A stretch of DNA of 64,000 bases from a virus: positions 2,216 to 66,215 of IMG/VR virus record IMGVR_UViG_3300018954_000017; one strand, 5' to 3'. The notes under the pieces are model-generated. The model did not search any database. It was not told the origin of the DNA and saw only the letters and a program-made list of their open reading frames with translations. The position numbers and the translations under genes were made by a program. Of this stretch, positions 55,101-64,000 are shown in pieces (the stretch's first letter is position 1; each line of letters opens with the position of its first letter).

Positions 55101-58100
55101 TGGGGAAATGTATTTGTCAGTTTGATAGACGAAATAGATGCTTTCACAGATACTGCCCTCGACAAATTTGCCGATTTTGTAGAAAAGATTCCGGGTGGAG
55201 AAGCTTTTGCTAAACTTATTCGAGGATCTAAGCAGCTCAAAAGTGTGGCAGTCAGCATCTTTGGACTCCAAATGGCTTTTGATGCTCTTTCACAAACTAA
55301 ACAATGGCTAGATAGTTTTGATGAAGTTTTTGTAGACGCAGCCGTTGAATGGGAAAAATTTGAAAAGATAATTGGTTTCTCTAGCAAAACGTTCAATCAA
55401 GCGCAAACCAATATTAAATTTGTAAGAGACGAAGCAGTTAGGTTGCGTACAGACTTAAAGCAATCTATGCAAGGCTTCAGTCAGCTTTCGGCAGCATCTA
55501 TCGATACAGGCATGGAAGGAGAAGGGACTAAGCAGTTATTCTCCGCAGTAAACCAAGCTAGCTCAACTTACGGGTTAGACGCCGAAGGTCAGAGTCGAGT
55601 CTACTCAGCTTTAGGTCAGGTAATCTCAAAAAATACTGTATCAAGCGAAGAACTAAAGCAACAACTTGGAGAAATTTTACCAGGATCTTTCCAAATTGCG
55701 GCACGAGCGGCTGGGAAAACAACACAAGAATTTCAGTCTTTATTAGAGACTGGGCAGATTCTAGCCGAAGATTTCCTACCCAAATTTGCCCAACAATTGT
55801 CAGCAGAAACCGCTGTGGGTGTAGCGGGTGCTGCCCAAAGTGCTCAAGGTGCCACTAGCAGATTATCTACAGCAATGACTGAGTTGCAAGTCTCAATCGG
55901 AAGATTTGGGATGGATGAACGCAACATGTTTCTCAATGTTTATGCTTCTGGGCTAGAACTTTTGCAAAAAAACGCAACTCTCGTTAGCTACACGTTAACA
56001 TCAATTTTGACGGGTGCGGTTATTACTTTCCTTGAAGCCTTAAAGAAGATGTCAGGGAGACTGATGTCAGCGGCGGCTGGATTTTTAGCTACAAGACTGG
56101 GGATAACTTCATTGGCAGTTGCTCTAAAAAAACTTGGAGAAACAGGAGCTAATGCTTTCAAAAGTTTCTTGATTTGGACGGCAATAGGCGATATCTTTCA
56201 AATGTTAAAATCTGGGTTTTCCGACTCATCAGGAAAATCAAGAGATTTTGCAAACACTACAACAAATTCATTTAAAGAAGTTCAGAAATCTGTAGCTGAA
56301 GCTAGAGGAGAATTAGATAAATATTATGCATCTCAGGGCAAAAAAAACCCAGATGCCCCGAACCAAAAGAAACGTGGACAAGACAGCATCATTGACGAAG
56401 CTCCTATATTGAGTTGGGTTCTACCTAAAGAAATTGAGAAAGACGACAATATCTTCAACCAATTCAGATTTAAAGCACGACAAACTGTTGCTAGTGCAAT
56501 GGATGGTTTAGGAACTTTGACAAATCCAGGTGCTGCGTTTGAATCTGTCCGAAAAGGCGATCGCACGTTAATGCCTACTTATGCTAACAAAAAGTTCCAA
56601 GATCAAAAGAGAAGTACAACAGAAATATTAGGGAACAGCGCTAACACAATTAAAGCTACGGATTCAGCTTTAAATGACAATGAACTTAAAAAGGTAAAAG
56701 AGTACGACGAAAAATTACGTCAAATTCAAATTAAACGTCGAGGATTAGTCCAAATTAATCCTGGTGACAAACAAGGACTGTCCGTTTTAAAACGTGAAGA
56801 AGAGTTAGTACTCAAAGATCGCCAAAAGGCATACAAACCACTAGCAGCTACGCAAGCTTCTAACCAGCAAGTGATTCAAGCTTTAGAGTCAGAAGTTGAA
56901 GTATATAAAGAAAAAATAGCTCAAGCAGAATCTGATTTTGGAAATGCAACAAAAAACAAAGATAAATTAGATATACAAGCTCGATTAGATTACTACAAAA
57001 ATACTTTGCCACAGTTGGAAGGCGCATTAAAGAAAACACAAGATGCACAAGACGCCTTTTCTAAATCTATTGGAGAGTCTGTTGACAAATTCGCATTACT
57101 ACAGAAACAACTGCAAAATGTTGCCGATAGATTTGCAGATGTAAGCGATCGCATTCAAATGATTGGTAACAGTGCTAAGACGGACTTGTCACAAGCTGTC
57201 ATCAATGGAGAGATGACACCAGGACAAGCAGAAGCTGGCAAACAAGCAATTGACAGAGACATTTTAGAAGAACAGTTAAAACGAAAGAAAGGGTCTATCA
57301 ACGAGTATAAAGGTTTACTTTTTGGTGCAGATGCTCAGGCAATTCTCGAGTCGCGAGGAATCAAAGATATTCAAGATGTCGGGCAAGCTCAACTTGGTAC
57401 TTTGGCGAGCAAGGCTAAAGACGGCACTCCTGAAAAAGAAGTGTTCACTCGGCTTCAGGATATGAAGAAAATGGAACTTGAAGCATCAGATCTTCAAGTT
57501 CAACTTTCCGCAGTGCAAGAACAAGCCGCACAGCAAATACGCGAGTCCAACAAACAAATTGCCGATTACTTCCGCGACGTTTCCCGCCAAGCAGCAGAAT
57601 TAGGTTTGAGTACAAAAGAAGCTCAAGCTCAGATTGCAATGCAACAGCAAAAAAACAAGCTTAAGTCAGCACTACAAGGTTTTCAAGACAACTTCTTTAG
57701 TTCGTTTGTTGATTCGCTCATTGAGGGGATGGATTCTCTCAACGAGCCAATAATGGCAAGCATTGAACGGGAACGAGAAGTCACTGCTGCCAACAACTCA
57801 AAACAAGACAGAGATCGTCAAACAGCTGACATATACAAATCACTTCCACTGCAAACTGAAGGAATTAAACTTGATTTTTCGGCTATTGACTCAGCTCCGG
57901 TCAAACAACTCGAAGACAGCTTAAAGAAATCAGCAGAAGCCAGCAAAAACGTCACTACAGCATCTAAAGCAACGGGAGTAGCGATTAGAGATTCTTCAAA
58001 AGAAGCAAGCGGCTTAGGTGACAAGGTTGAAGATGTTGCTAGTGGGATCAATAATATTGAGACTGCGACTGGAAGTGTGACAACAGCATTACAAGATAAT

Positions 58101-61100
58101 GTTACGGCAGCACAAAATGTTGACTCTCAGCTACAGCTCAATAGAGATACAGTAGATAGCAATCGCATGGCTGTAGAAGAGGTCAATGCCGCTGTAGTAA
58201 CTCAATCCGGTAACATCTATGATGCTGCAATAGCAACTGAGCAATCCACGCAGACTACCAATATTCTACAGCAAGCATGGAATGGCGTATCCAACTGGGT
58301 GGTGAGTGTAGCCAGTCAGACTTGGGATTGGTTTAAAGGAATTGCTCAGAACATCCCCTTCCTGACTCAAATAGGAGACATGATTGGCGGGTGGAGCAAA
58401 AATCTCCAAGATCTGATTGCCAAAACTTGGGAGTGGATCAAAGGATTAGGAGACAATATTCCATTTTTGCAACAAATTGGAAGTACTGTTGGCGGTTGGG
58501 GAAACGCTGTGGGTGGTGCAGTTCAAGGTGCCGCACAACAAGGTGGAAACTTGTGGAACCAAGGAGTTGGAGCAGCAAGAGGATTACTTGGTATGGGTGA
58601 AGGAGTTGGAAAAGTTGGTAAATTTAATATTGTAGAGAGTGTTGGTGGGTCTGTTCAAACTGTTAAGAGTTATAAAGACCTTGAAAAACATCATCCTTCA
58701 TCGGGAAGAGAGTATGGTCGTAATTACGAGACTGTTGACGGCAAACTGGAGGAAGTTCGTTACACACAAGATAAACGAACATTAATCAAGAAAGATTTTG
58801 TTCTAGAAAAGGGTGGTAGTGCAAATGTAGATATCCCTGCTTTTGCTGCTGGCTATATTAAGCGCCTCAATGATGCGGTAAACACAGTGCAAATATATGC
58901 TGACAAAGAAATGACTAAATTGGTTGGTCAATCTTTGCACATGAGCAGTGTTCCTGTCAAAACAGGAGATTATGTACGTTATGGTCAATCAATAGGCAAA
59001 CAATCTGATACTGGATCACCCGGTTCTGTTCACGCACACATTGAAATGGAATTAGATCGTTTCAAGCAATACGTAGCAGATTTAAGTGACGGCACTTTTG
59101 AAGGCACCAAAGGAAAAGTACAAGAGCATGCGCTTGGTGACGGTCACAATCACTTTGGCGAAGAAGATCTTAAAAAAGCCAATCAAGGTGCCGCCGGAGC
59201 AATGGGCGGGTCTGCTCAAAAAATGCTTGCATCTATGGGTGGTGGCAACCAAAGTCTATCAATGGGTATTGGTCGAGCACCAAGAGGTGGCAGTGTCGCA
59301 TCAGCAGAACGTGTGCAGTCAGATAAGTCTGGAGCAATGGCACTCGTTGCAACAGCTAAACGATTGGGACTGAAGCCAGAAGAATTTACAGCGTTAATGA
59401 GCTGGGAATCTGGCGGCACCTTAAACCCTAATGTTATTGGAGGTGACGGAAATCAATATAAAGGTCTAATTCAATTTAGTCCAGACAACCAAGCGAAATA
59501 TGGAACTTCAAAGCAACAATCTATAGCACAACAAATCCCTTCAATCGAACAATATTTAAAAGATCGAGGATTTAAGCCTGGACAACACGACATCCGTCAT
59601 GCGTATTCCGCTGTATTGGCTGGAAATGCGTCAGAAAGATATTGGGGCAGTAGTGACAGCAATGGAACTAATGTTCGGAATGCTGCGCCAAAATTTCAAA
59701 AAGGCGATCATTATAACCGAGCAATACAATTCCTTCGTGATAGTGGAGTAGACGCAAATTCAGTCAATGCAAGTTTTGGAAATCAACCCAGTAGTATGGA
59801 ATCACCTGCAATAACTACTCCTACTCCTACTCCAATGATTGCACCTGTGCCTTTCGCTTCTTTAAGAGGCGCTAGCTACAGCGGCACTAGCGTGGATGTT
59901 GGCAAGTTGAATGCTGCTCAATCTGAAAGCGAAAAGATTCGCAAGCAGCAAGAGCAACAAGCGATCGCCAAAGAAAGAGCTAGAGTTGAGCAAGCTGGCG
60001 TAGAAGGGAAGCAGCGACAAAAACAGAGACTTGAGCAACTACGGCAAAGCATTCGTGATACTGAAGGGGATCGCATTCAATCTACTCGTCAATTCAGAGA
60101 CTTGGGATTAGATATTGGCATTCAAACACCAGACAAGGAATCCCAAAGAAAAATCACGGGAGTAGGCGACACATATGATGATTTAGAACGAGACTTGACC
60201 GAAAAGATTCGGAAAACTACTGCTGGTCGGGATCAAGCAAAAGCGACTCTAGGCAAATTGTCGTCCCCAGATTATGTCCCTCAACCAGGACAAGATGTTG
60301 CTAAAGATGTTGAAGCCACAAAGGCTGCGATTGCTCAAGCAGAGAAATATTTGGGTGATTTAACCAAAATTCAAGGTGACCTCAAAACACAACCGCCTCG
60401 CCGCGCTGCGCGGCCAGAAGAGCAGGCTGCTCGCGAGAAGAAACTGAGACAACAACAAGAGAAATTTGCGACTGAAGAAATTAGCATATCTGTTCTAGAA
60501 GCCGAAGCTCAAAGACTCAACGATTTGAAAGGTCGTGGGGTTCGGGATCAAGGTGTAGAAAATCTGCCAAAGCTTGAGGCGACTATAACTGCACGGAAGG
60601 AAGAACTTCAGTTACAACAGAAACTTACAGAAATTGACGAGAATGCGCGGAAAAATGGCACAGATAAAGCTGTAGTAGATGAACAGAAGAAGGGGTTAAA
60701 CGAAAGACTAACAATTGTTAAGAAAACGATTGATGAAAATCGCAAATACGCTGAGACGATTGCTGGACGTGAAAACGATAAACGAAGCCGTGAGCAAAAC
60801 ACTGAGTTAGCTCGTGGAGAATTGGCAGTTTTGAAACAGCGACTGGAAGCAGCTCAAGCTATTGGTCAAATAAACCCATTGGCACCAGAAGCTTTAGGCA
60901 TTCCTGAGATGGAAAAAACTATTGCTCTCAAAGAAGCAGAACTCACTCTCAGCGAACAAATAGCAGGCATTGAAGACAAACGCTTCAGTAAAGAGCTAAC
61001 GGATGCCGCTGCCGACAAACGTATTGCCGATCTAAAGACTGAGAACGGACAGTTAGTTGACAATATCAACAAACGTGCTGAACGTGCAACCAAAGAGCAA

Positions 61101-62882
61101 GAGTTCGCTCGTCGTCGTGCTGCTTTGGAAAACAAGAATCAAGATATTGAAGTCGGAGGTTCAGTCACCGAAGCTCTTGCCAAGAATATAGAGTACGGGC
61201 GCTCCAAAGGCAGTCCAATAGCAATGCGTTTTGATATTCAAAAAGCGCAAGTTGAAGCTAGTCTTGAGAGAAGTCTTCTAGATATGGACGAGCTAGAAGC
61301 TAGTGGTAAAAGGTCTAAAGAAGCGGTAGATGCCCTAAGAGCGGCATACAAACAGTTAGCGGAAGTTAGCTTAGACAATCTTAAGGTCGAGCAACAGCGA
61401 GCGACTGAAGACCAAATCATGGAAATTGCAGGTCGCGTAAACAGCTCTCGCAATGGCGTATTGACTGGTAAAGCTGATTTATTGTCGAGTATGGGGCTAG
61501 ATACTCAGGCAAAAGAATATAAAAAAGTCGCTGCAATAAACGATCAAAAACAATCTTATTCTCAGGAGTCTTTAAATCTTGAGCGTTTCATTGCTCAAAT
61601 GAATATGTCAAATGAGGGAGCACTTGAACTTAGAGCTAACTTGAGTGCTGTCAATGAAATGAAAATGGAGCAAATTCAAGCTGAATTTTCAACAATGAAT
61701 GAGTTGATGACTGGGGTTCAGAGCACATTTGAGTCAGCTTTCACATCAATTCTGGACGGCAGTAAAACAATTGGAGAAGCTGCTATGGACTTCCTAAAGG
61801 GCATTGGCAGTCAGTTGGCGTCTATGGCATCCAAAATGATAACAGACGAACTGTTCGGCAAAATAATGGGCAAAGGAAACAAGAAGGATGCAGAAAAAGA
61901 AGCTGGTCTGATTGGCAAAGGTGGCATCTTAGGAAGTTTGACGGGTGGAGGTGATAATCCATTGGGTCAATACAATCTAGCGAACCCCATGCCAGTTATG
62001 GTAACCAACGCAGGGGCTTTGGGTAGTGCAACTGGAATTTTAGGTGGCGAAGGTTCTGGAGGGGGATTTTTAGATAGTTTGTTAGGCACTGGTAGCATCT
62101 TTGGCGGAGACACCAAAGTCAATCCAATGTCCGTAAGAATCGCTTCTGCTGACAATGGCGTCTTTGACTCAATCACTCAAGGGATTGGGGGTTTATTTGG
62201 CGGCGGTGGCAGTGGTGGAGGACTAGGAACTATCGTTAGCTCTATCTTCTCTGGTATCGGAGGGGGCGGCGGCTCTGCTGGTGGAGGCGGTGGTGGCTTT
62301 GGACTCAGCGGATTGCTAGATATCGGTATGAATATCTTCGGCGGACTATTCAACGCTGGGGGCACAGTGGGAGACAAAGCTCACATACAGGCTTATGCTC
62401 GCGGTGGCAGCGTTAGAGGCTGTGGTTGTCGTGCTTGTACTTTTGCCAAAGGTGGCTCATTATCCCAGGGTGGATTAGAAGAGAGTGTCGAAAATGCTAT
62501 GAGACGCGAGCGATCGATGTCGGGACGTGAACCAGTATTGCTAGTTGCTAATAAGGGAGAATTTATAATCCCGGCACCTGTTGCCAGTCGCTTGAACAAC
62601 AGAGAAAAAGCCTATCTTCTTGGCAAATCTATGGCACCTTCAAACTCTGTAGCTAACTATAGTCGCGGTGGCATGATTGGCGCAAATGTCGGAAATTCTA
62701 TTGCGAATAATGTTACCAATAACATGAATAAATCAACGAGCTATAGGGGTGGCGACATCACTTATAATGAAGCGGGTGGTGGCATAAACGAATCTGAAGC
62801 ACGACGTTTGGATGCAGCAATTACAGCCAAAACGATGGAAATACTCCAACAGCAAAAAAGACCTAGAGGTTTGTTGTATTAA
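52191..62882 (+). CDS. Tape measure protein with metallopeptidase-like, M23-like and lysozyme/SLT-like domains
   Basis: 3563 aa; tape-measure domain (ALGQVISKNTVSSEELKQQLGEILPG); HEIKH at 54279; M23-like ...LH...V..GD.V..GQ.IG....TG....HAHIE at ~58790-59050; WESGG...GLIQF at ~59340-59760. Confidence 0.92.
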   Translation: MALGGSALGTLTLYIKADTSSLDQSLSSLERRIAGFAGRASKLGATGLQLHPTVDDSELTSLNEHLSIKQKHFSQVGSYFAANPLTPKVNLKDLQKLSVEYDNIEAKAKKNQTRVNMSASMGNANNAVQQIRTPGRAANVINVEIKNASIVSLSNSIALAIRKSNKETAKEIAKAQRPNALQRVIGFGGDILKSTVQGVASGVSSRAAKGILGGVEKKAGISIADAAENATFKLLTTVEDVYNFIFKRRVYNQRKADEIVAKLKTEETEAEAAKAPQKAAKGTAVTSEDATKRKEVRKRRIHSKRANDATQLFEEIDLNEDIAKSEEGISEAKEYLQRIIALKKRFSSDLDQVPKDLSEQAEKYLKAIEEYENYLSEIAGIKKKQQPSNIKQTNNKEVLNKLRNRQKQPVSNQPKPAQSQREQKRASQQQNYFNNRIDDADKFFNQIDQVLSVSKKEPIAKTATIGLLTQVKLLKKRFEDSLNNIPEEFQEKTKEYLSLLIETEAELKNTLNTQNSQNVISKLNQPQNIENKASQSQQPLRSFKIDQESGILDQSQQPRTGSDNLQENYKRIVAASAKVSGLKLDTSRIPNLKVDNKALTKITVDYKKLLAVNPTEKLLEAIEKEDAVTLKELISRNKEYGEAVKITTGRASYTPRSNTITITSALEELFSLSSEQLEKFAEKYPESIQKYTEDLIHEIKHSFQFDFGKISYGDLATGKIKSPTMTKFENTNKYAQKYGEASAAAPYYKQVAKQMPPGYLKVIRDTEADAANFESRWSDVLNSFFKAANTSLNKIEEVSNDVGDAAKSTGEEGLQSFRLDVPLSSGRTTTGDDDVDRLLNEIHSLREGINSPSPSGGAGGGSSQSMDDFINEINELRESIRSLPDLDVDIDTSNLTLLERILLNIREDMEYVNNGGTLKGQYIRGSARDLGIKMTAGQAEKIAKDGGDSNKLIDDIDRGLNITGDALKGNWGNVFVSLIDEIDAFTDTALDKFADFVEKIPGGEAFAKLIRGSKQLKSVAVSIFGLQMAFDALSQTKQWLDSFDEVFVDAAVEWEKFEKIIGFSSKTFNQAQTNIKFVRDEAVRLRTDLKQSMQGFSQLSAASIDTGMEGEGTKQLFSAVNQASSTYGLDAEGQSRVYSALGQVISKNTVSSEELKQQLGEILPGSFQIAARAAGKTTQEFQSLLETGQILAEDFLPKFAQQLSAETAVGVAGAAQSAQGATSRLSTAMTELQVSIGRFGMDERNMFLNVYASGLELLQKNATLVSYTLTSILTGAVITFLEALKKMSGRLMSAAAGFLATRLGITSLAVALKKLGETGANAFKSFLIWTAIGDIFQMLKSGFSDSSGKSRDFANTTTNSFKEVQKSVAEARGELDKYYASQGKKNPDAPNQKKRGQDSIIDEAPILSWVLPKEIEKDDNIFNQFRFKARQTVASAMDGLGTLTNPGAAFESVRKGDRTLMPTYANKKFQDQKRSTTEILGNSANTIKATDSALNDNELKKVKEYDEKLRQIQIKRRGLVQINPGDKQGLSVLKREEELVLKDRQKAYKPLAATQASNQQVIQALESEVEVYKEKIAQAESDFGNATKNKDKLDIQARLDYYKNTLPQLEGALKKTQDAQDAFSKSIGESVDKFALLQKQLQNVADRFADVSDRIQMIGNSAKTDLSQAVINGEMTPGQAEAGKQAIDRDILEEQLKRKKGSINEYKGLLFGADAQAILESRGIKDIQDVGQAQLGTLASKAKDGTPEKEVFTRLQDMKKMELEASDLQVQLSAVQEQAAQQIRESNKQIADYFRDVSRQAAELGLSTKEAQAQIAMQQQKNKLKSALQGFQDNFFSSFVDSLIEGMDSLNEPIMASIEREREVTAANNSKQDRDRQTADIYKSLPLQTEGIKLDFSAIDSAPVKQLEDSLKKSAEASKNVTTASKATGVAIRDSSKEASGLGDKVEDVASGINNIETATGSVTTALQDNVTAAQNVDSQLQLNRDTVDSNRMAVEEVNAAVVTQSGNIYDAAIATEQSTQTTNILQQAWNGVSNWVVSVASQTWDWFKGIAQNIPFLTQIGDMIGGWSKNLQDLIAKTWEWIKGLGDNIPFLQQIGSTVGGWGNAVGGAVQGAAQQGGNLWNQGVGAARGLLGMGEGVGKVGKFNIVESVGGSVQTVKSYKDLEKHHPSSGREYGRNYETVDGKLEEVRYTQDKRTLIKKDFVLEKGGSANVDIPAFAAGYIKRLNDAVNTVQIYADKEMTKLVGQSLHMSSVPVKTGDYVRYGQSIGKQSDTGSPGSVHAHIEMELDRFKQYVADLSDGTFEGTKGKVQEHALGDGHNHFGEEDLKKANQGAAGAMGGSAQKMLASMGGGNQSLSMGIGRAPRGGSVASAERVQSDKSGAMALVATAKRLGLKPEEFTALMSWESGGTLNPNVIGGDGNQYKGLIQFSPDNQAKYGTSKQQSIAQQIPSIEQYLKDRGFKPGQHDIRHAYSAVLAGNASERYWGSSDSNGTNVRNAAPKFQKGDHYNRAIQFLRDSGVDANSVNASFGNQPSSMESPAITTPTPTPMIAPVPFASLRGASYSGTSVDVGKLNAAQSESEKIRKQQEQQAIAKERARVEQAGVEGKQRQKQRLEQLRQSIRDTEGDRIQSTRQFRDLGLDIGIQTPDKESQRKITGVGDTYDDLERDLTEKIRKTTAGRDQAKATLGKLSSPDYVPQPGQDVAKDVEATKAAIAQAEKYLGDLTKIQGDLKTQPPRRAARPEEQAAREKKLRQQQEKFATEEISISVLEAEAQRLNDLKGRGVRDQGVENLPKLEATITARKEELQLQQKLTEIDENARKNGTDKAVVDEQKKGLNERLTIVKKTIDENRKYAETIAGRENDKRSREQNTELARGELAVLKQRLEAAQAIGQINPLAPEALGIPEMEKTIALKEAELTLSEQIAGIEDKRFSKELTDAAADKRIADLKTENGQLVDNINKRAERATKEQEFARRRAALENKNQDIEVGGSVTEALAKNIEYGRSKGSPIAMRFDIQKAQVEASLERSLLDMDELEASGKRSKEAVDALRAAYKQLAEVSLDNLKVEQQRATEDQIMEIAGRVNSSRNGVLTGKADLLSSMGLDTQAKEYKKVAAINDQKQSYSQESLNLERFIAQMNMSNEGALELRANLSAVNEMKMEQIQAEFSTMNELMTGVQSTFESAFTSILDGSKTIGEAAMDFLKGIGSQLASMASKMITDELFGKIMGKGNKKDAEKEAGLIGKGGILGSLTGGGDNPLGQYNLANPMPVMVTNAGALGSATGILGGEGSGGGFLDSLLGTGSIFGGDTKVNPMSVRIASADNGVFDSITQGIGGLFGGGGSGGGLGTIVSSIFSGIGGGGGSAGGGGGGFGLSGLLDIGMNIFGGLFNAGGTVGDKAHIQAYARGGSVRGCGCRACTFAKGGSLSQGGLEESVENAMRRERSMSGREPVLLVANKGEFIIPAPVASRLNNREKAYLLGKSMAPSNSVANYSRGGMIGANVGNSIANNVTNNMNKSTSYRGGDITYNEAGGGINESEARRLDAAITAKTMEILQQQKRPRGLLY

Positions 62883-63693
62883 CCAATTTGTTTCTAAAAC
62901 GATAAGGAGCAATTCCTAGTTCTCTCCGTTTTTTACTTACTGTAGTTCCCGAACAACCAATCATCTTACCGATATTGTCATCTGGATGTTTACCTAAAAG
63001 TTCTAAATCTGATTGAGTCCAATTAAAAAGCCTGAACGTGCCACCAAAACCAATTATTCCCAGTGCATTCCTTTTCCGAGTGATGACTGCCTCACAGTGT
63101 TTGATGATCTTAGATAGTTTAGCATCTGACATGGTTCCAAGCATTGCAAGTTCTTCGTTAGTCCATTTTTCTTCTACATATTTAGGCAATTTTAATTGTT
63201 TTTTGAACCTGTTCGCAGTTTGACCACTACACCCCATTTTAGTAGCCATCTCTACAGTAGACATTCTATAGGAGACGAAAACAGATTCGCGTTTAAACTT
63301 CGTACAATCTTCAAATTTTTCGACCATTTTAGGTCGTTTATATGACGGGATATTTAACTGTCTACGTTTTTTGTACACGGCATACTCCGAAACTCCCAGT
63401 TGTTTTGCGACTTGTATGTCTGGAACAGTGCCGAGCATCTTCAGTGTTTCCGATTTAGCTTCCCATATTGAATCATATTCTGATAACACGTTCATTGCTA
63501 CCAGCTTCTTAAATAGCTCATGCTCGTCACAATTCAAAAGGTCTGACAAATAACTGTAAAGTTCTGGATTTATGTGCGATCTGGAGCGACTGTTACATGG
63601 ATCAATCAAAAGTCTTTTCCTGGTTTTCCGTACAAACATCAATGATCTTCCAGACAATCTTGCAATCAGACAATCTTGCAATGTAAGTGTCAA
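62863..63693 (-). pseudogene. 3' part of a frameshifted GIY-YIG gene: tandem HTH-like repeats
   Basis: Three W....L.[ML]LG...D..[VLI]....G.S...V..KR..L.I modules; joins the upstream ORF if one 16-bp copy is removed. Confidence 0.7.
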
Positions 63694-64000
63694 GCATATG
63701 ACCTAGAAGTGGTTGATATACCTTCAACCAGTTTTTATCTAACCCCATAAGATCAGAACCTGTAGATGGTTTAATCATGTTATATAAGGTTATCCCGGCA
63801 TTTCGGTATTGATTTATTAAGATGTCTTCGGTTTGTGCAATCAAAACAGGATCGTCTGTCTTAGTACATGCTACTGCTTCTATTGCAGTTTTTAGTCCCA
63901 TTGACTTCAATTGAGCCATATACGCACCTTTGTTAGTCAAACGAGATCTCGCGTCTTTTTCGTGACCTCGAAGTCGAGTGTTAAGACTTCTTGTTGTTCT
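63602..64000 (-). pseudogene. 5' part of a GIY-YIG-like endonuclease (truncated by the window edge), frameshifted by a 16-bp duplication
   Basis: Frame open from 64000: RTTRSLNTRLRGH...L.SMGLK..IE...E..LI..YR..G..LYN; CAGACAATCTTGCAAT x2 at 63651-63682. Confidence 0.7.

Noticed and set aside
2054-62599. Many antisense or alternate-frame ORFs in the track (e.g. 2058..2666, 14938..15264, 30483..30767, 43065..43328, 55001..55396, 60866..61135)
   Set aside because: They lie wholly within longer genes that have recognisable motifs, and show shadow-frame composition with no RBS
1-64000. tRNA, rRNA, integrase, terL, lysin, photosynthesis AMGs
   Set aside because: No supporting motifs were found by eye; absence is limited to this window and to manual inspection

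Overview
The whole window reads as part of a tailed dsDNA phage (siphovirus-like) of a cyanobacterium. The host call rests on at least 8 HIP1 GCGATCGC sites, two cyanobacterial-type SSBs and CopG-like RHH regulators. Layout: 1-4802 (+) tail tip/fibre genes. 4.8-36.5 kb is a mostly minus-strand early/replication region of small genes: Zn-finger/TOPRIM primase, two SSBs, a lambda-O-like initiator with internal 21-bp iterons, an adenine MTase, an antirepressor/BstA-like gene, KTSC proteins, a dNMP kinase, DUF4406, HNH genes and an isolated terminase-small-subunit-like gene. 36.5-47.6 kb (-) is the head module (DUF1073 portal, DUF2213 protease, scaffold, decoration protein, DUF2184-type capsid). 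47.7-62.9 kb (+) is the neck/tail module (tail tube, frameshifted chaperone, 3563-aa tape measure), followed by a frameshifted GIY-YIG gene at the right edge. No large terminase, integrase, helicase, polymerase, lysin, tRNA, rRNA or CRISPR array was recognised. Main leads: (1) three head-module proteins share a [YF]NPxQ[PS]RxxxGRW motif followed by different effector domains (a portal-fused LHH-like nuclease, a PI3/4K/HipA-like kinase, an unknown domain), each next to a small gene, with no MuF domain in the window; (2) two families of dispersed origin-like non-coding elements, one of which is also embedded in the initiator ORF; (3) a repeated intergenic motif separating early genes like cassettes; (4) a BstA-like gene and a 42-aa secreted peptide ending in PGCGRE. 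All family assignments come from motif recognition by eye; no searches or alignments were computed.
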